Assembly (NCBI GenBank): GCA_964016885.1
Contig: OZ024747.1
Coordinates: 71,672,001-71,736,000, forward strand
DNA length: 64,000 bases
Source: Eledone cirrhosa
Lineage: Eukaryota
Reading direction: 5' to 3'
Positions 52,636 through 64,000 of the stretch are shown one piece after another. The position numbers and the translations under genes were made by a program. The notes beneath the pieces were generated by a model. It was not told the origin of the DNA. It did no database searches and saw nothing but the letters and a program-made list of their open reading frames with translations. Numbering within the stretch: the first letter of the stretch is position 1; each line of letters begins with the position of its first letter.

Positions 52636-53112
52636 ACAGATGTATGAGAATAAATGACTTGATAATTCAACCCACATAAGATCGATTGCCTGCTTCAACT
52701 GCCTGACCCTGCAAATATCATTCTGACGCACTCTAATCATGTATAGATAAGACACGCGTGCATGCTACACGTGAGATTGTTTCATACACTGACTACTCTA
52801 AACTTTCCTCTTGCTTTATCTTCATAGACTGCCAACGCTTCATGTTTATCTTTATTTTCATTTTTATTTTTATTCTTGTTTTTATTTTTATCCTGCTACC
52901 TTTATATGTAAATTGCCATGCTATATCTTTTGATGAATGTCACCCCACTGTTGATCAATATGCGCATATGTTTTATGTGTCTCTTGGGTTGAAAAGGAGG
53001 TCAAGTATGTTATAGATCAGTAAATAGTTGCTCCGAAGAATCCAAACCTCGGTTTGGAGGAAACAATTGTAAGCAAATAAATGACTTAAACTGAACTTTG
53101 GTTATTGTAATC
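52636..53112 (+). mobile_element. PLE pLTR with hammerhead
   Basis: TTGCT-CCGAAGA-ATCCAAACctcgGTTTGGAG-GAAA-CAATTG-TA-AGCAA at 53028-53076. Homologous to 35150-35345. Confidence 0.82.
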
Positions 53113-55539
53113 TCTATATGTATATATATGTATATATATGTATATGTATATATGTATATATATGTATATATATGTATATATATATATGTATATATATGTA
53201 TATGTGTATATATATGTATATATATGTATATGTATATATATGTATATATATGTATATATATATGTGTATATATATATATGTGTATATGTATATGTATATG
53301 TGTATATATATGTGTATATATGTATGTATATATAGTATACTAGGGAGAGGATCAGGGGTGTATAACACTCGACTTATCCAGCAGGCAGTATAAGGTTAGC
53401 TCGATGTCTGAGGACAGAGCCGTGATATAATAAATAACAAAGAACGCCTATAACATATGCATATCTTTACTTGCTAACATTGTTTCATCCGCACTATAAG
53501 TGGGACTCATCAGAGCATAAAGGTTAATTATATACCATACAAGCAATAACAAATCCAAGACATTGAAGAATGAAAAATAATAGAAGATAAAGGATATTAA
53601 GAAAGTAAAAATAAGAATAAAAATAAAAATAAAAATAAGAATAAAAATAATAAAATAAACAATGAAAAAATAAGGGGTGCTATCAGTCACAGTTGGGCGG
53701 GGTGCTGTCAACATATAGTTACATACAAGCATACACATGGATAAGAGAACAGACAAGAGTAGATAAGATAGATAGGATTAGGTAAGAGTAGGTAAAAAAT
53801 AGGTGAAAAACAGACTTATAATATATATAAGAAAATATAAAAATATAAAAAAATATAACAAACTTACATGTAAAATATAAAATATAAAATATACAGATAA
53901 TAGTGATACAGGGTAAGGAATGAAATAAAATAATATAAAATTAAAATTAAAATTATATAAAATAGAACATAATATAAAATAAGATAAAATAAGGTAAACT
54001 AAAATAAAATAAAATAGACTAAGATATAATTAAATGTAATTAAATAAATAAATAAAATTAAATAAATAAATAAAATTAAAATTAAAATTAATTAAATAAA
54101 TAAATAAATAAGTAGATAAATAAATAAATGAAATTAAATAAATAAAATTAAATAAAATGAAATGAAATGAAATGAAATAAAATAAAGTAAATTGAGATAA
54201 GATATATATTTTTTAGAATATATCTCTTGAATATATCAGGGGCCCACGAAGGCACTAAGTGTCACAGTTATCAGTATCACTTGACCATTGCAATGCAATG
54301 GAGACGTCCCAGGTTTGGCAGTCTCAAAAGTTCACTCGAAAGTCACGGGTGTGCATTCACACAGTTGAGCGGTGGGGTAATCACAAACCGGTTCACACCC
54401 GGGCAGGAGTCCAATGGTCAAACAGAGGTGCATCGAAGGAAGGTAGGAGAATTCACGTGCAGTAGCAAGAGGCCGAAAGCAAGGTGCAGGCGGGTTAGCC
54501 AAAGCAAGCAGACACAGTTGGATCGCATACAAAAGATATATAAAAAGACAAAAAGATATATAAAAAATAGCTTCAAGAGCCATGAAGTCACCGCATTGGG
54601 ACATCACAAGATTATACACACCAATATGTTCAGCACGTATATGCACATATACACACCACATGCATATGCAGAGACGGTATACATATATATATATTTTTAT
54701 ATACAGACATATACAACCACCTACACCCATACACATATAAATGTATACACAGACACACACGCACACACACACAACGTAGGACACCCGGGTCAAAGCTGAT
54801 ATTAAACACAGAAATACCACATTAGGCAAGACCCACCACCACGGATAATACATTCAAAATAAATACATACGATGAGATGTAGTAAAATAAAATTGAATTC
54901 CTACGGAGATAATCATCACCGCACGTGCCATTGTCCGATTTAAGTGTACACAGACCGTTAGTAACTACGGAGGGCTATCGGGGCCAAAACGTTACTTTCG
55001 GGATCATAACAACGACCGTCAATATATGGAAGGCCGATCGTGCTAGAAAGACTACAACCCCGGGCAAGAGCTCCCAGAAGTCAGCCTGTAGATCTTAAAC
55101 CACAGAATAGGAGGGCAACACGTACATGCGCCACGTATCTACTGCTTACGGCGAGATGGCACAGGTCCGCCCACAGTTACAGGCTAAATTTCTATTAGTG
55201 CAGCCTATATCACAGTACACGCTCTACATAGATACATTACATCACAACTCATGCGCATACAGAGGTACAGATCCACAAGATACACGTCAGGATAGACCCA
55301 CCAATGCACCAATGGTGGGTAGGCGAGCGTGGATGGGTTACATCCGCTGTGCCAAACAGGGGTGCTTATTAACATACACACCCACTCACCTGTACACCCC
55401 AATATCCAGATCAATATCCTCCCGCAGGCATACGTATACACTCACCGACTCATATACATAGAAGACAAACAATAGGAGACAGTTACACACAATCAGAGAC
55501 AGTTACACAAGATAGCCCAACTGGAGAAATAAGGAAGTG

Positions 55540-57790
55540 CTAGCTAATAGGTTTAAAGTAGAAGAAAGAGCTTAATATTCGGTGGGGGCAAGAGGAAAAT
55601 ATTTCTGACTTTCTATTTAGTAGAGGGCATTTAGCAAATATAATAGAGTGGGATTCGGCAAGGCATAGGTTACATACTCTATTATGAGGAGTATATGGAT
55701 GGGATTTAGCAACCTGCCGCCAAGTAAGTGTGTAATGTGTTCGTGCATTTTTTAAATTGTGGACGTACGCTGCCAAGGAGGTGGAGTTCCTCAGTTTATT
55801 ATGTCTAAAAGTGCACTGGTGAGAGTTAAACCTGGTCTTAAAGGGGGTGGAGGTTGATCCTATATAGGTTTTAGTGGACGCCGTAGTTACCACATCACAC
55901 GCATAAACTATGTTTCTAACAAGGCAGAAACCATTCAGGGGGCAGCCTGAAGCCCTTCTACAGTTACAACTTCTGGTGATGCTATTCTCAGAATGATCAC
56001 CACTTGTGTTTCGGCCCACTCTGTCCACTACCGTGTTTTCCCATAGGCTTAGGTTGTCCAGGCCTTCCTTTATTTTCTTATTATTAGTAATGGCCAGATG
56101 AGAGGCCAGACTTTGGGTTGTAGAATACGAAAGTTTAACAACATTCTTATTGAGGATAGAGTGGTACCTATTACCAAGAGGGAAGTTCCTTTCTAACACA
56201 GAGAAGAAGGCCCTAGGAATATTTATAGCCACTTCAGAATTAAAAGGGGGGTTGAAGTATGTATTCAATCTTCTTCTATTCTTTTTATTCTTTCTATTTC
56301 CATCACTATTATTAGCATTATTATTTCTACGGTTACTATGCTCACCTAGTCTATGCGGGGAGCTGCGAGGCCTACCATTGCTATTACTTAGACTAATGGT
56401 GCCCTGCTGCTTCATTCCACCGGCATTTAGAAACCTCCCATTCGCGACACCTCCATTACCAATGGACATATTATGTGTTATAACAACACTGGTAGAGCTA
56501 CTATTAGGACTATTATTTCCCTGGGTGTAATACAATTTGTCCCTAAAGCCGGATCTAGCTAAGGCATCATTATAGTAATCAGCCTGCGAGTCAAACGCCT
56601 CCTCACTATGTGAGAGTGAACTTATTCTGTTAGATACGCCCTTCAGTATACCGCTGATGACCGACCTAGGGTGGTTAGAGTTGGTATTCACGTAAGTCAG
56701 CAATTCATTAGGCTTATGGTACGGTGTGTACGTATGGTTATCCAAGTCTAATGTAACATCCAGGAAGTTCACAGTTCTATCATTTATATCCATAGTAATG
56801 GATAGGTTAAAGGTTTTAAAAAAACTATGCAGCTTTTTCCTAATGCGCACTATATTATACTTACTAGTATCTATGGAGAGTAGGGCGTCATCCCGGTACA
56901 ACCCGCCCCTAAGGAAAGGGAAGTTACTATGCAGTTCATTGAGGAGGTATAGCCCAACTAAGTCGGTGACCTGAGCAGAGTCACTCGACCCCATAGTAAT
57001 GTCAAAATTATCAGGTATGTTTTTTCTCGTCCATAGATTATCCTCAAACATGATAATGGTTTTACGTGCAGCGAGAACAATATCTATCTGTGGCCTTGTA
57101 ATTGCTCCCCTCTGCATGGCTAGGATGAGGGCCTTATTGAGGATAATAGGAGATATAGATGTATAATAAGCATCAATATCAAATTGGATGAATTTGAGTG
57201 AGTCACGACCACAATCCGTAGAGAACCACCTAATGACTTCACTAGTGTTACCCCAAAGCTCAAGGAAAGTTTTTTCTCTAACCAGGGGAATAACGCTATC
57301 CAAGATTCCCTTACTAATAATCCCCAGGTCAGACCTGGAGAGGCAGATAAGCCTAACTGAGGGTCTGCTAATAAAATCTTCCTTGTGGTCCTTGAGGGTG
57401 AATCTAGGCTGCTTGGGGTAATAAGGCTGAGTGTGTTTATCCAGACCTAGTTTTACCACTATGTTATATCCCTCCAGATTAATATTATCTAAATTATTCT
57501 GCGTTGTTTTTTTGTAGTTCCTATGTAGTTCATTATAAATGAAGCCTCGATAGGTTTTATAATCCATACTATATAAGTTTTTAGTTTTGTCAGAGGGGAC
57601 CAGAATGGATTTATTATCCCTAAAGTCCCTAACGATTGAACTTAGTTTACTCTGAAATTTATTCGTACATCTAGATTTTTTATATCTAATATTCCTAACA
57701 AGGGATAATAGCTCACTTTCGAAGTTATCCAACAGGCTATTATGCGGGGGGCTCCTATAAGTCTTAAATCCATAATTATTAAAACTACGC
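55540..57790 (-). CDS. PLE reverse transcriptase + GIY-YIG endonuclease (uninterrupted, N-terminally truncated; track ORF 55540-57732)
   Basis: Motifs NYGFKT..SPP, SDKTKNLY, TLKDHKEDF..RPSVRLI, QFDIDAYYTSI, FDITMGS, GLYRDDAL, VNFLDVTLDL, YHKPN..YVNTNSNHP, CNCR..CPLNG.CL..NIVY..TYIG and CNLCLAE..LLNRKSE..CPH. Confidence 0.93.
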
Positions 57791-57988
57791 CTCTCTTATT
57801 TTTCATTGTTTATTTTATTATTTTTATTTTTATTTTTATTTTTATTTTTATTTTTATTTTTATTTTTATTTTTATTTTTATTTTTATTCTTATTTTTACT
57901 TTTACTTCCTTAATATCCTTTATCTTCTATTATTTTTCATTCTTCAATGTCTTGGATTTGTTATTGCTTGTATGGTATGTAATTAACC

Positions 57989-58046
57989 TTTATGCTCTGA
58001 TGAGTCCCACTTATAGTGCGGATGAAACAATGTTAGCAAGTAAAGA
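57989..58046 (+). ncRNA. Type I hammerhead ribozyme (mirror copy on minus strand at about 53465-53523)
   Basis: TGCT-CTGATGA-GTCCCACttataGTGCGGAT-GAAAC-AAT-GT-T-AGCA: canonical core with stems I-III and GUU triplet. Confidence 0.85.
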
Positions 58047-58128
58047 TATGCATATGCTATAGGCGTTCTTTGTTATTTATTGTATGTATATATATGTATG
58101 TATATATATATATATGTATATATATATG

Positions 58129-58165
<37 letters not shown>

Positions 58166-58685
58166 GTATATATATATGTATATATGTATGTATATATGTA
58201 TGTATATATATATGTATATATGTATGTATATATATATGTATATATGTATGTATATATATATGTATATATATATGTATATATATATGTATATATATATGTA
58301 TATATATATATGTATATATATATGTATATATATATGTATATATATATGTATATATATATGTATATATATATGTATATATATATGTATGTATATATGTATG
58401 TATATATGTATATATGTATATATGTATATATGTATGTATATATGTATGTATATATGTATATATATGTATATATGTATATATATATGTATATATGCATATA
58501 TATGTATATATGCATATATATGTATATATGCATATATATGTATTTGCATATATATGTATATGCATATATATGTATATGCATATATATGTATATGCATATA
58601 TATGTATATATATGTATATGTATATATATGTATGTATATGTATATATATGTATGTATATGTATATATATGTATGTATATGTATAT

Positions 58686-58716
<31 letters not shown>

Positions 58717-58765
58717 TGTATATGTATGTGTATATGTATATGTATGTATGTATATATATATGTAT

Positions 58766-59339
58766 CCCAGTACAACCTGACTCATGGTCGGGTCGTTGGC
58801 GACTAAACTGGCAAACCCACCAAGGTTTCTTGGTGAGGAGGGTGACTTTGGACATCCTGCAGGACTAAAAACAAAACCTGTCAAAGGGCAAAGGAGCTCT
58901 TAAGAGTCAATGGCCATCCAAAATCACCGTGAGAGATGACCCCTTAGCCTTTGTCACGGCAGAATTCTAGGAGAAGGAAAACTCTGATATAACACCTGCA
59001 ACTCTGATGGTATCCAATGATGTTGACTTGTTCTTCTTTTTGGTAAATATCATCTTGGTTAAGAGAGTGGGACTGGCTTTGTGCAGTGCCTTTGCTCACT
59101 ATAAAAGCTTCACGGCACAGGCATTGCTTTATATCTGGAGATCTCTCTGCACTTGTCATCACATGGTGCCATGGGCCCAGCACTATGTGTCAGTAATTGT
59201 CACAAGTGTAGTGTTTGTACCAGAGTTTTCATGTCACAGGCTGGACTAAAAAGTCACACTCGTTCAGCGCATCGGTAGGAGTTCTCCTACATGGATATAA
59301 AGTAGTGGCTGTACTCGAAAACGAGTTGGCAGCCACCAT
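58766..59339 (+). mobile_element. Short bipartite RTE/BovB-like non-autonomous element
   Basis: The 3' end encodes a C2H2 finger [23 protein letters not shown] followed by a CTCGAAAACGAG hairpin. The 5' portion resembles an RTE 5' UTR. No EN or RT in between. Confidence 0.6.
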
Positions 59340-59390
59340 ATATGTATATATATGTATATGTATATATATGTATGTATATATATGTATATG

Positions 59391-59441
<51 letters not shown>

Positions 59442-59448
59442 GTGTATG

Positions 59449-59479
<31 letters not shown>

Positions 59480-59573
59480 GTATATATATGTATATATGTA
59501 TATGTATATATATATATGTATATATATATATGTATGTATGTATATATATGTATGTATGTATGTATGTATATAT

Positions 59574-59627
<54 letters not shown>

Positions 59628-59660
59628 GTATATATATATGTATGTATATATATATATATG

Positions 59661-61162
59661 TGAATCCCAGTTGATCCATGAGCTTTTAAACAAGACCAGC
59701 TGTGCCTGGAGCTATGCAGATGACTACATACGCATAATGGATATCGCGCCCACAAGGTCACCAGTACTGTTCATCCTGTTGTATGTATGTAAATATCCGT
59801 GCGCGGGATATCCCTGAGTACATTTTCTTGACCATCAATTGTTAATCGATTGTTTGTTAATTAGGCAGGAATATACCATTATGTCTGTGCTAATCCTATG
59901 TGTTGCTGTGTGTGTGTAAAGTATCCGAGCGCGGGATATCCCTGAGCTAATTTTGCCTGACTGTTAATAGTGTATTGATTACTTGTTAATTAGGCAGGAA
60001 TATATTATTATGCCTTTGTTAATCCTGTATCAATAATTTTATAATAATTTTTTGTGATAATACATTGTTAGATTACTGAAGCTACCTTATACCTTCTTAA
60101 AAATACATTTTATAATTATTGTCTTTTTGCTTATGTATTTTCTTATTCACCACTTTCTTTAATCTTGCCCAACTTGATAAACTCCTTGAATTGCTCCCTA
60201 ATTAAATTACTTAAATTACTTAAATTATTGTATCTATTATGCCTAAGTTGTATCTGTTGAAGCAGCCTTTTGAAAATTCCTCGGATATCCCAAATACCGT
60301 AATTTTTAATTTTTAATGTATAATTTTCCTCAATTCGTTTTTATATATATCCTTAAAGGCTCTCTAAAATTTTAATTCTTCGAAGGGTCTCTCGGAAGAA
60401 GTTCCTATTAAAAATATTAAAGGGGCCTTTTCTGAGAGAATTATAGAAGGCTCTTTGAATTAACCTTTAATTGATTAGTTTCTTTCAACTTAGTAGGGAA
60501 TATCAAAACTTCGTAAGTTTTCTGAAATTTGTAAACATGATCTCGGGGGAAGAAGGTTTTTTTCTTTCGGAAAAAAATTTTTTCTCTTGAAGAAATTTCA
60601 TAGGAAACTTTATATATTTTTTAGGGAAACTTTATATTTTTATTTTTTATTTTATTAGCCTCTTAATTTCTTCCAGTCTAGTAGGTTTATTGGAGCCTGT
60701 AAGCTTTATGCACTTATTGAGGGATTTTCTAAGGTGCTTCTACGGGACCCCAAGTCTTTTAGTTTACTGTTAATGCGTAAATTATATATTATCTAATTTT
60801 TAAACTTCAATCCCTGACCCCGACAACTAATATAAAAGAGCCCCCTTAGAATATAGACCCCAACTATACAAGCGGAGTTGCTGATGTATACCACAATTTC
60901 TAACTGCTAGCCTTGAGTGATACGTTGATGTAAATAATGAACTTACAATCACATGTTATATGCCTTGAAAAGTCCCACCATGGGGTCGGACGAAACGGCT
61001 GTTGGCAATAAACTTGTTATAATGTCATAATAGTTCCTTTGTTCTTTTTCACTAATATTTCTGCTCTGCGTATACGCATAGAGCTTAACTAGCTACCGTC
61101 ACATATTTGGTAGGTCAGACGTGATCATCGCGATTCACATACGACCTACCATACATCTTACT
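59661..61162 (+). mobile_element. ORF-less hammerhead-bearing PLE derivative
   Basis: HHR at 60961-61007: TGCC-TTGAAAA-GTCC..GGAC-GAAAC-GGCT-GT-T-GGCA, then AATAAA. Internal direct repeat of about 127 bp. TA tracts on both sides. Confidence 0.7.
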
Positions 61163-61261
61163 TATGTATGTATATATATATGTATGTATATATATATGTA
61201 TGTATATATATATGTATGTATATATATATATGTATATATAGATATATATATGTATATATAT

Positions 61262-62510
61262 AGATAGCTGAATCTATGGTAGAACTAGAGAATAAATTCC
61301 AAACCTGGAAGCAGGGACTAGAGAGAAAGGGCCTCAAAGTTAACATGACAAAGACTAAGGTCCTTGTAAGTAGACGAGAAAACAGAACCCAGATCCCCTC
61401 AGGGAAATGGCCTTGCTCAGTATGTAGGAAAGGTGTAGGTAGGAACTCCATTCTCTGCCCCAAATTCAAACAATGGGTACACAAGAGATGTAGCGGGATC
61501 TCAGGAAGCTTAATTAAGAATGTAGGATTCACATGCAGCAGCTGTGCTGAAACAGCAAGCAAACAGCCACAGGAAACAAGTACCACCAATCTCTGGGAGG
61601 GCCCTGTAGAAACAGTAGACAGCTTCTGCTACCTAGGTGACCGAATTAGCAACGGAGGTGGGTGCTCAGAAAGTACAATAACTAGGGTAAGAACGGGATG
61701 GAAGAAGTTTAGGGAACTACTACCACTGCTAGCTGCAAAAGGCTTCTCCCTCAGAATGAAAGGCAGACTGTATGATGCGTGTATCCGAACAGCGATGTTG
61801 CATGGTAGTGAGACCTGGGCGCTGAAGGTGGAAGACTTACGTAGATTAGAGAGAAACGAAGCCTGCATGCTCCGATGGATGTGTAACAGTAATATACGTG
61901 AACGACAAAGCATAAAGGAATTGAGAGAGAGACTGAGCATAAGAGGAATCAAATGCTGCGTGCAGGAGAGGCGGTTACGCTGGTATGGACATGTGATGCG
62001 TATGAAGGATGACAGCTGCATAAAAAGGTGCAGAGCACTAGAAGTTGATGGAAACCGCAGAGTGGGGAGACCCAAGATGACTTGGGATGAGGTGATAAAA
62101 GCCGACCTTACCCAACTACACCTCTCAAAGTCAATGACACACGATCGTGACTTCTGGCGTCACGCAGTAATACAGGGTACCCGACCTCCCATGGGTACAT
62201 GCTGAAGCATATAAACAATATGCCCCCCCGCCCCCACCGCAAGGTGGCCGTGGAGGTGCCACGGCAAAAAAGCACCCAGCCCACACTGTAAAGTGGACGT
62301 GTAGGCGCCACGAAAAAGCACCCAGCACTCACTGTAAATGAGGTTGGTGTTAGGAAGGGCATCCAGCTGTAGAAATCAAGCCAGATCAGTTCCTGTATGA
62401 GCAAGGCATGGTCAGCCGACCAGACACTGCCCACAACAGGACAACCCGTCTAACCCATGCTAGCGTGGAAGAACGGACGTAAAACGGTGATGATGATGAT
62501 GATGATGATG
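61262..62510 (+). mobile_element. RTE copy 3, 5'-truncated, nearly identical to copy 1
   Basis: The 309-aa ORF at 61276-62205 differs from copy 1 only by C to F and G to R. Same 3' UTR and (ATG)n tail. Confidence 0.96.
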
Positions 62511-62623
62511 ATATATATGTATGTATATATATATATATGTATGTATATATATATATGTATGTATATATATATATATGTATGTATATATATATATGTATGT
62601 ATATATATATATATATATGTATG

Positions 62624-62662
<39 letters not shown>

Positions 62663-62942
62663 GTATGTATGAATTCATATAACTGCTCTGTAAATCATCT
62701 GATGTTATTACATTGAGCTATTTAACTTACTGGTAATAAGGTAGTAATATATTACTGCCTACCACTATTTAGGGTTTATAAAAATATATATAACTGCAAA
62801 AGGTTTTTGTATTTGCATAACCATAAATAGTATAATTAATACTGTATGTATGTATATATATATATGTATGTATATATATATGTATGTATATATATATATA
62901 TGTATGTATATATATATATGTATGTATATGTATGTATGTATG

Positions 62943-62976
<34 letters not shown>

Positions 62977-63026
62977 TGTATGTATGTATGTATGTATGTA
63001 TGTATGTATGTATGTATGTATGTATG

Positions 63027-63058
<32 letters not shown>

Positions 63059-63086
63059 TGTATGTATATGTATGTATGTATGTATG

Positions 63087-63119
<33 letters not shown>

Positions 63120-63185
63120 AAGTATATATATGTATGTATATATAAGTATATATATGTATGTATATATAAATATATATATGTATGT

Positions 63186-63590
63186 ATACAATATTAAATA
63201 AATGGAAACTATATTTATAAAACCATATTTATTTCATTATATATATTTCAGGGATATCATATTAACAATATGCTATGCCTTCCTCAGACAAAATACAATA
63301 TAAATAGTTTTATAGATAAATATATTTGACATACCGTAACAACATCGACTTGTATTTGAAAAGTGCCAAATCAACTTTTCAAATACAAGTCGATGTTGTT
63401 ACGGTATGTCAAATATATTTATCTATAAAACTGTCTATATTGTATTTTGTCTGAGGAAGGCATAGCATATTGTTAATATGATATCCCTGAAATATATATA
63501 ATGAAATAAATATGGTTTTATAAATATAGTTTCCATTTATTTAATATTGTAAATATACTCCAAATACTTGTCGAGTGCTTTTATATCAGT
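63186..63590. mobile_element. Snap-back palindromic PLE pLTR (arms of about 178 bp, 9-nt loop at 63365-63373) with a hammerhead in each arm
   Basis: Near-perfect inversion. Plus-strand HHR at 63443-63508: TATTTTGT-CTGAGGA-AGG..CCT-GAAA-TATATA-TA-ATGAAATA. Confidence 0.88.
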
Positions 63591-63648
63591 TATAAATATT
63601 TACTAGTTGTAACCCAACAATTTAAATATAACTTTCCATATATGTATG

Positions 63649-63693
<45 letters not shown>

Positions 63694-63721
63694 ATGTGTG
63701 TATATCTATATATACATATTG

Positions 63722-64000
63722 AGAGTATTGGCCTTGCAATCGAAAGGTTGTGAGTTCAATTCTCAGACCGGATGATGTGTTGTTTCCTTGACCAAGACAC
63801 TTTATATCACATTGCTCCAGTTTACTCAGCTGTAGAAATGAGATGATAGGACTGGGGGTCCCTATCATTCCACTGCAAAGTGGTCGTGGAGGTTCCACGG
63901 CAAAAAAGCACCCAGCCCACACTGTAAAGTGGATGTGGCGGTGCAGCGGGAAAAAAGCACCCAGCACTCACTGTAAATGAGGTTGGTGTTAGGAAGGGCA
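63722..64000 (+). mobile_element. tRNA/CORE/RTE-tail SINE, cut by window end
   Basis: Matches 42445-42670. Confidence 0.88.

Larger units (their letters stand above)
53340..58081 (-). mobile_element. Naiad-clade Penelope-like retroelement, 5'-truncated with inverted copy of its 3' pLTR
   Basis: RT+GIY-YIG ORF and a 3' UTR of about 2.2 kb ending in an HHR-bearing pLTR. 57792-58081 is the inverted near-identical copy of about 53430-53675. Embedded in TATG tracts. Confidence 0.93.

Noticed and set aside
48888-52755. Long Y/I/H/T/M/C-rich ORFs up to 718 aa (also at 33.3, 58.1, 59.3 and 62.8 kb)
   Set aside because: Translations of TA/TATG microsatellites that are open in several frames on both strands.
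53340-55540. SECIS-dependent selenoprotein PLE
   Set aside because: The visible ORF has no in-frame TGA, Cys codons are retained, and no clear SECIS was seen by eye.

Overview
This window is AT-rich eukaryotic (animal) genomic DNA that is almost entirely repeats. The SINE/RTE families and microsatellite load suggest a cephalopod (octopus-like) genome; that is an inference. Nearly all long ORFs in the supplied track are microsatellite artefacts or antisense shadows. Real content: (1) a 5.2-kb 35-bp minisatellite with a hidden 1960-bp higher-order duplication; (2) young RTE-clade LINEs carrying a PHD-like finger inside the RT, with partner tRNA/CORE SINEs; (3) a maT/mariner relic and several MITEs; (4) a probable bidirectional promoter near 30.5-30.8 kb, with the first coding exon of an SNRNP40-like gene on the minus strand and candidate duplicated acidic exons on the plus strand; (5) a fold-back element with a telomere-like core whose sub-repeats also build a 711-bp satellite. 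The most striking feature is a dense population of Penelope-like elements (an uninterrupted but 5'-truncated Naiad-type RT+GIY-YIG ORF, Neptune-type remnants and ORF-less snap-back palindromes) lying in (TA)n/(TATG)n tracts. Together they carry about 15 hammerhead-ribozyme motifs from at least 8 sequence families, several with non-canonical cores. Coordinates were read by eye and may be off by a few bases. No database search or folding program was run.
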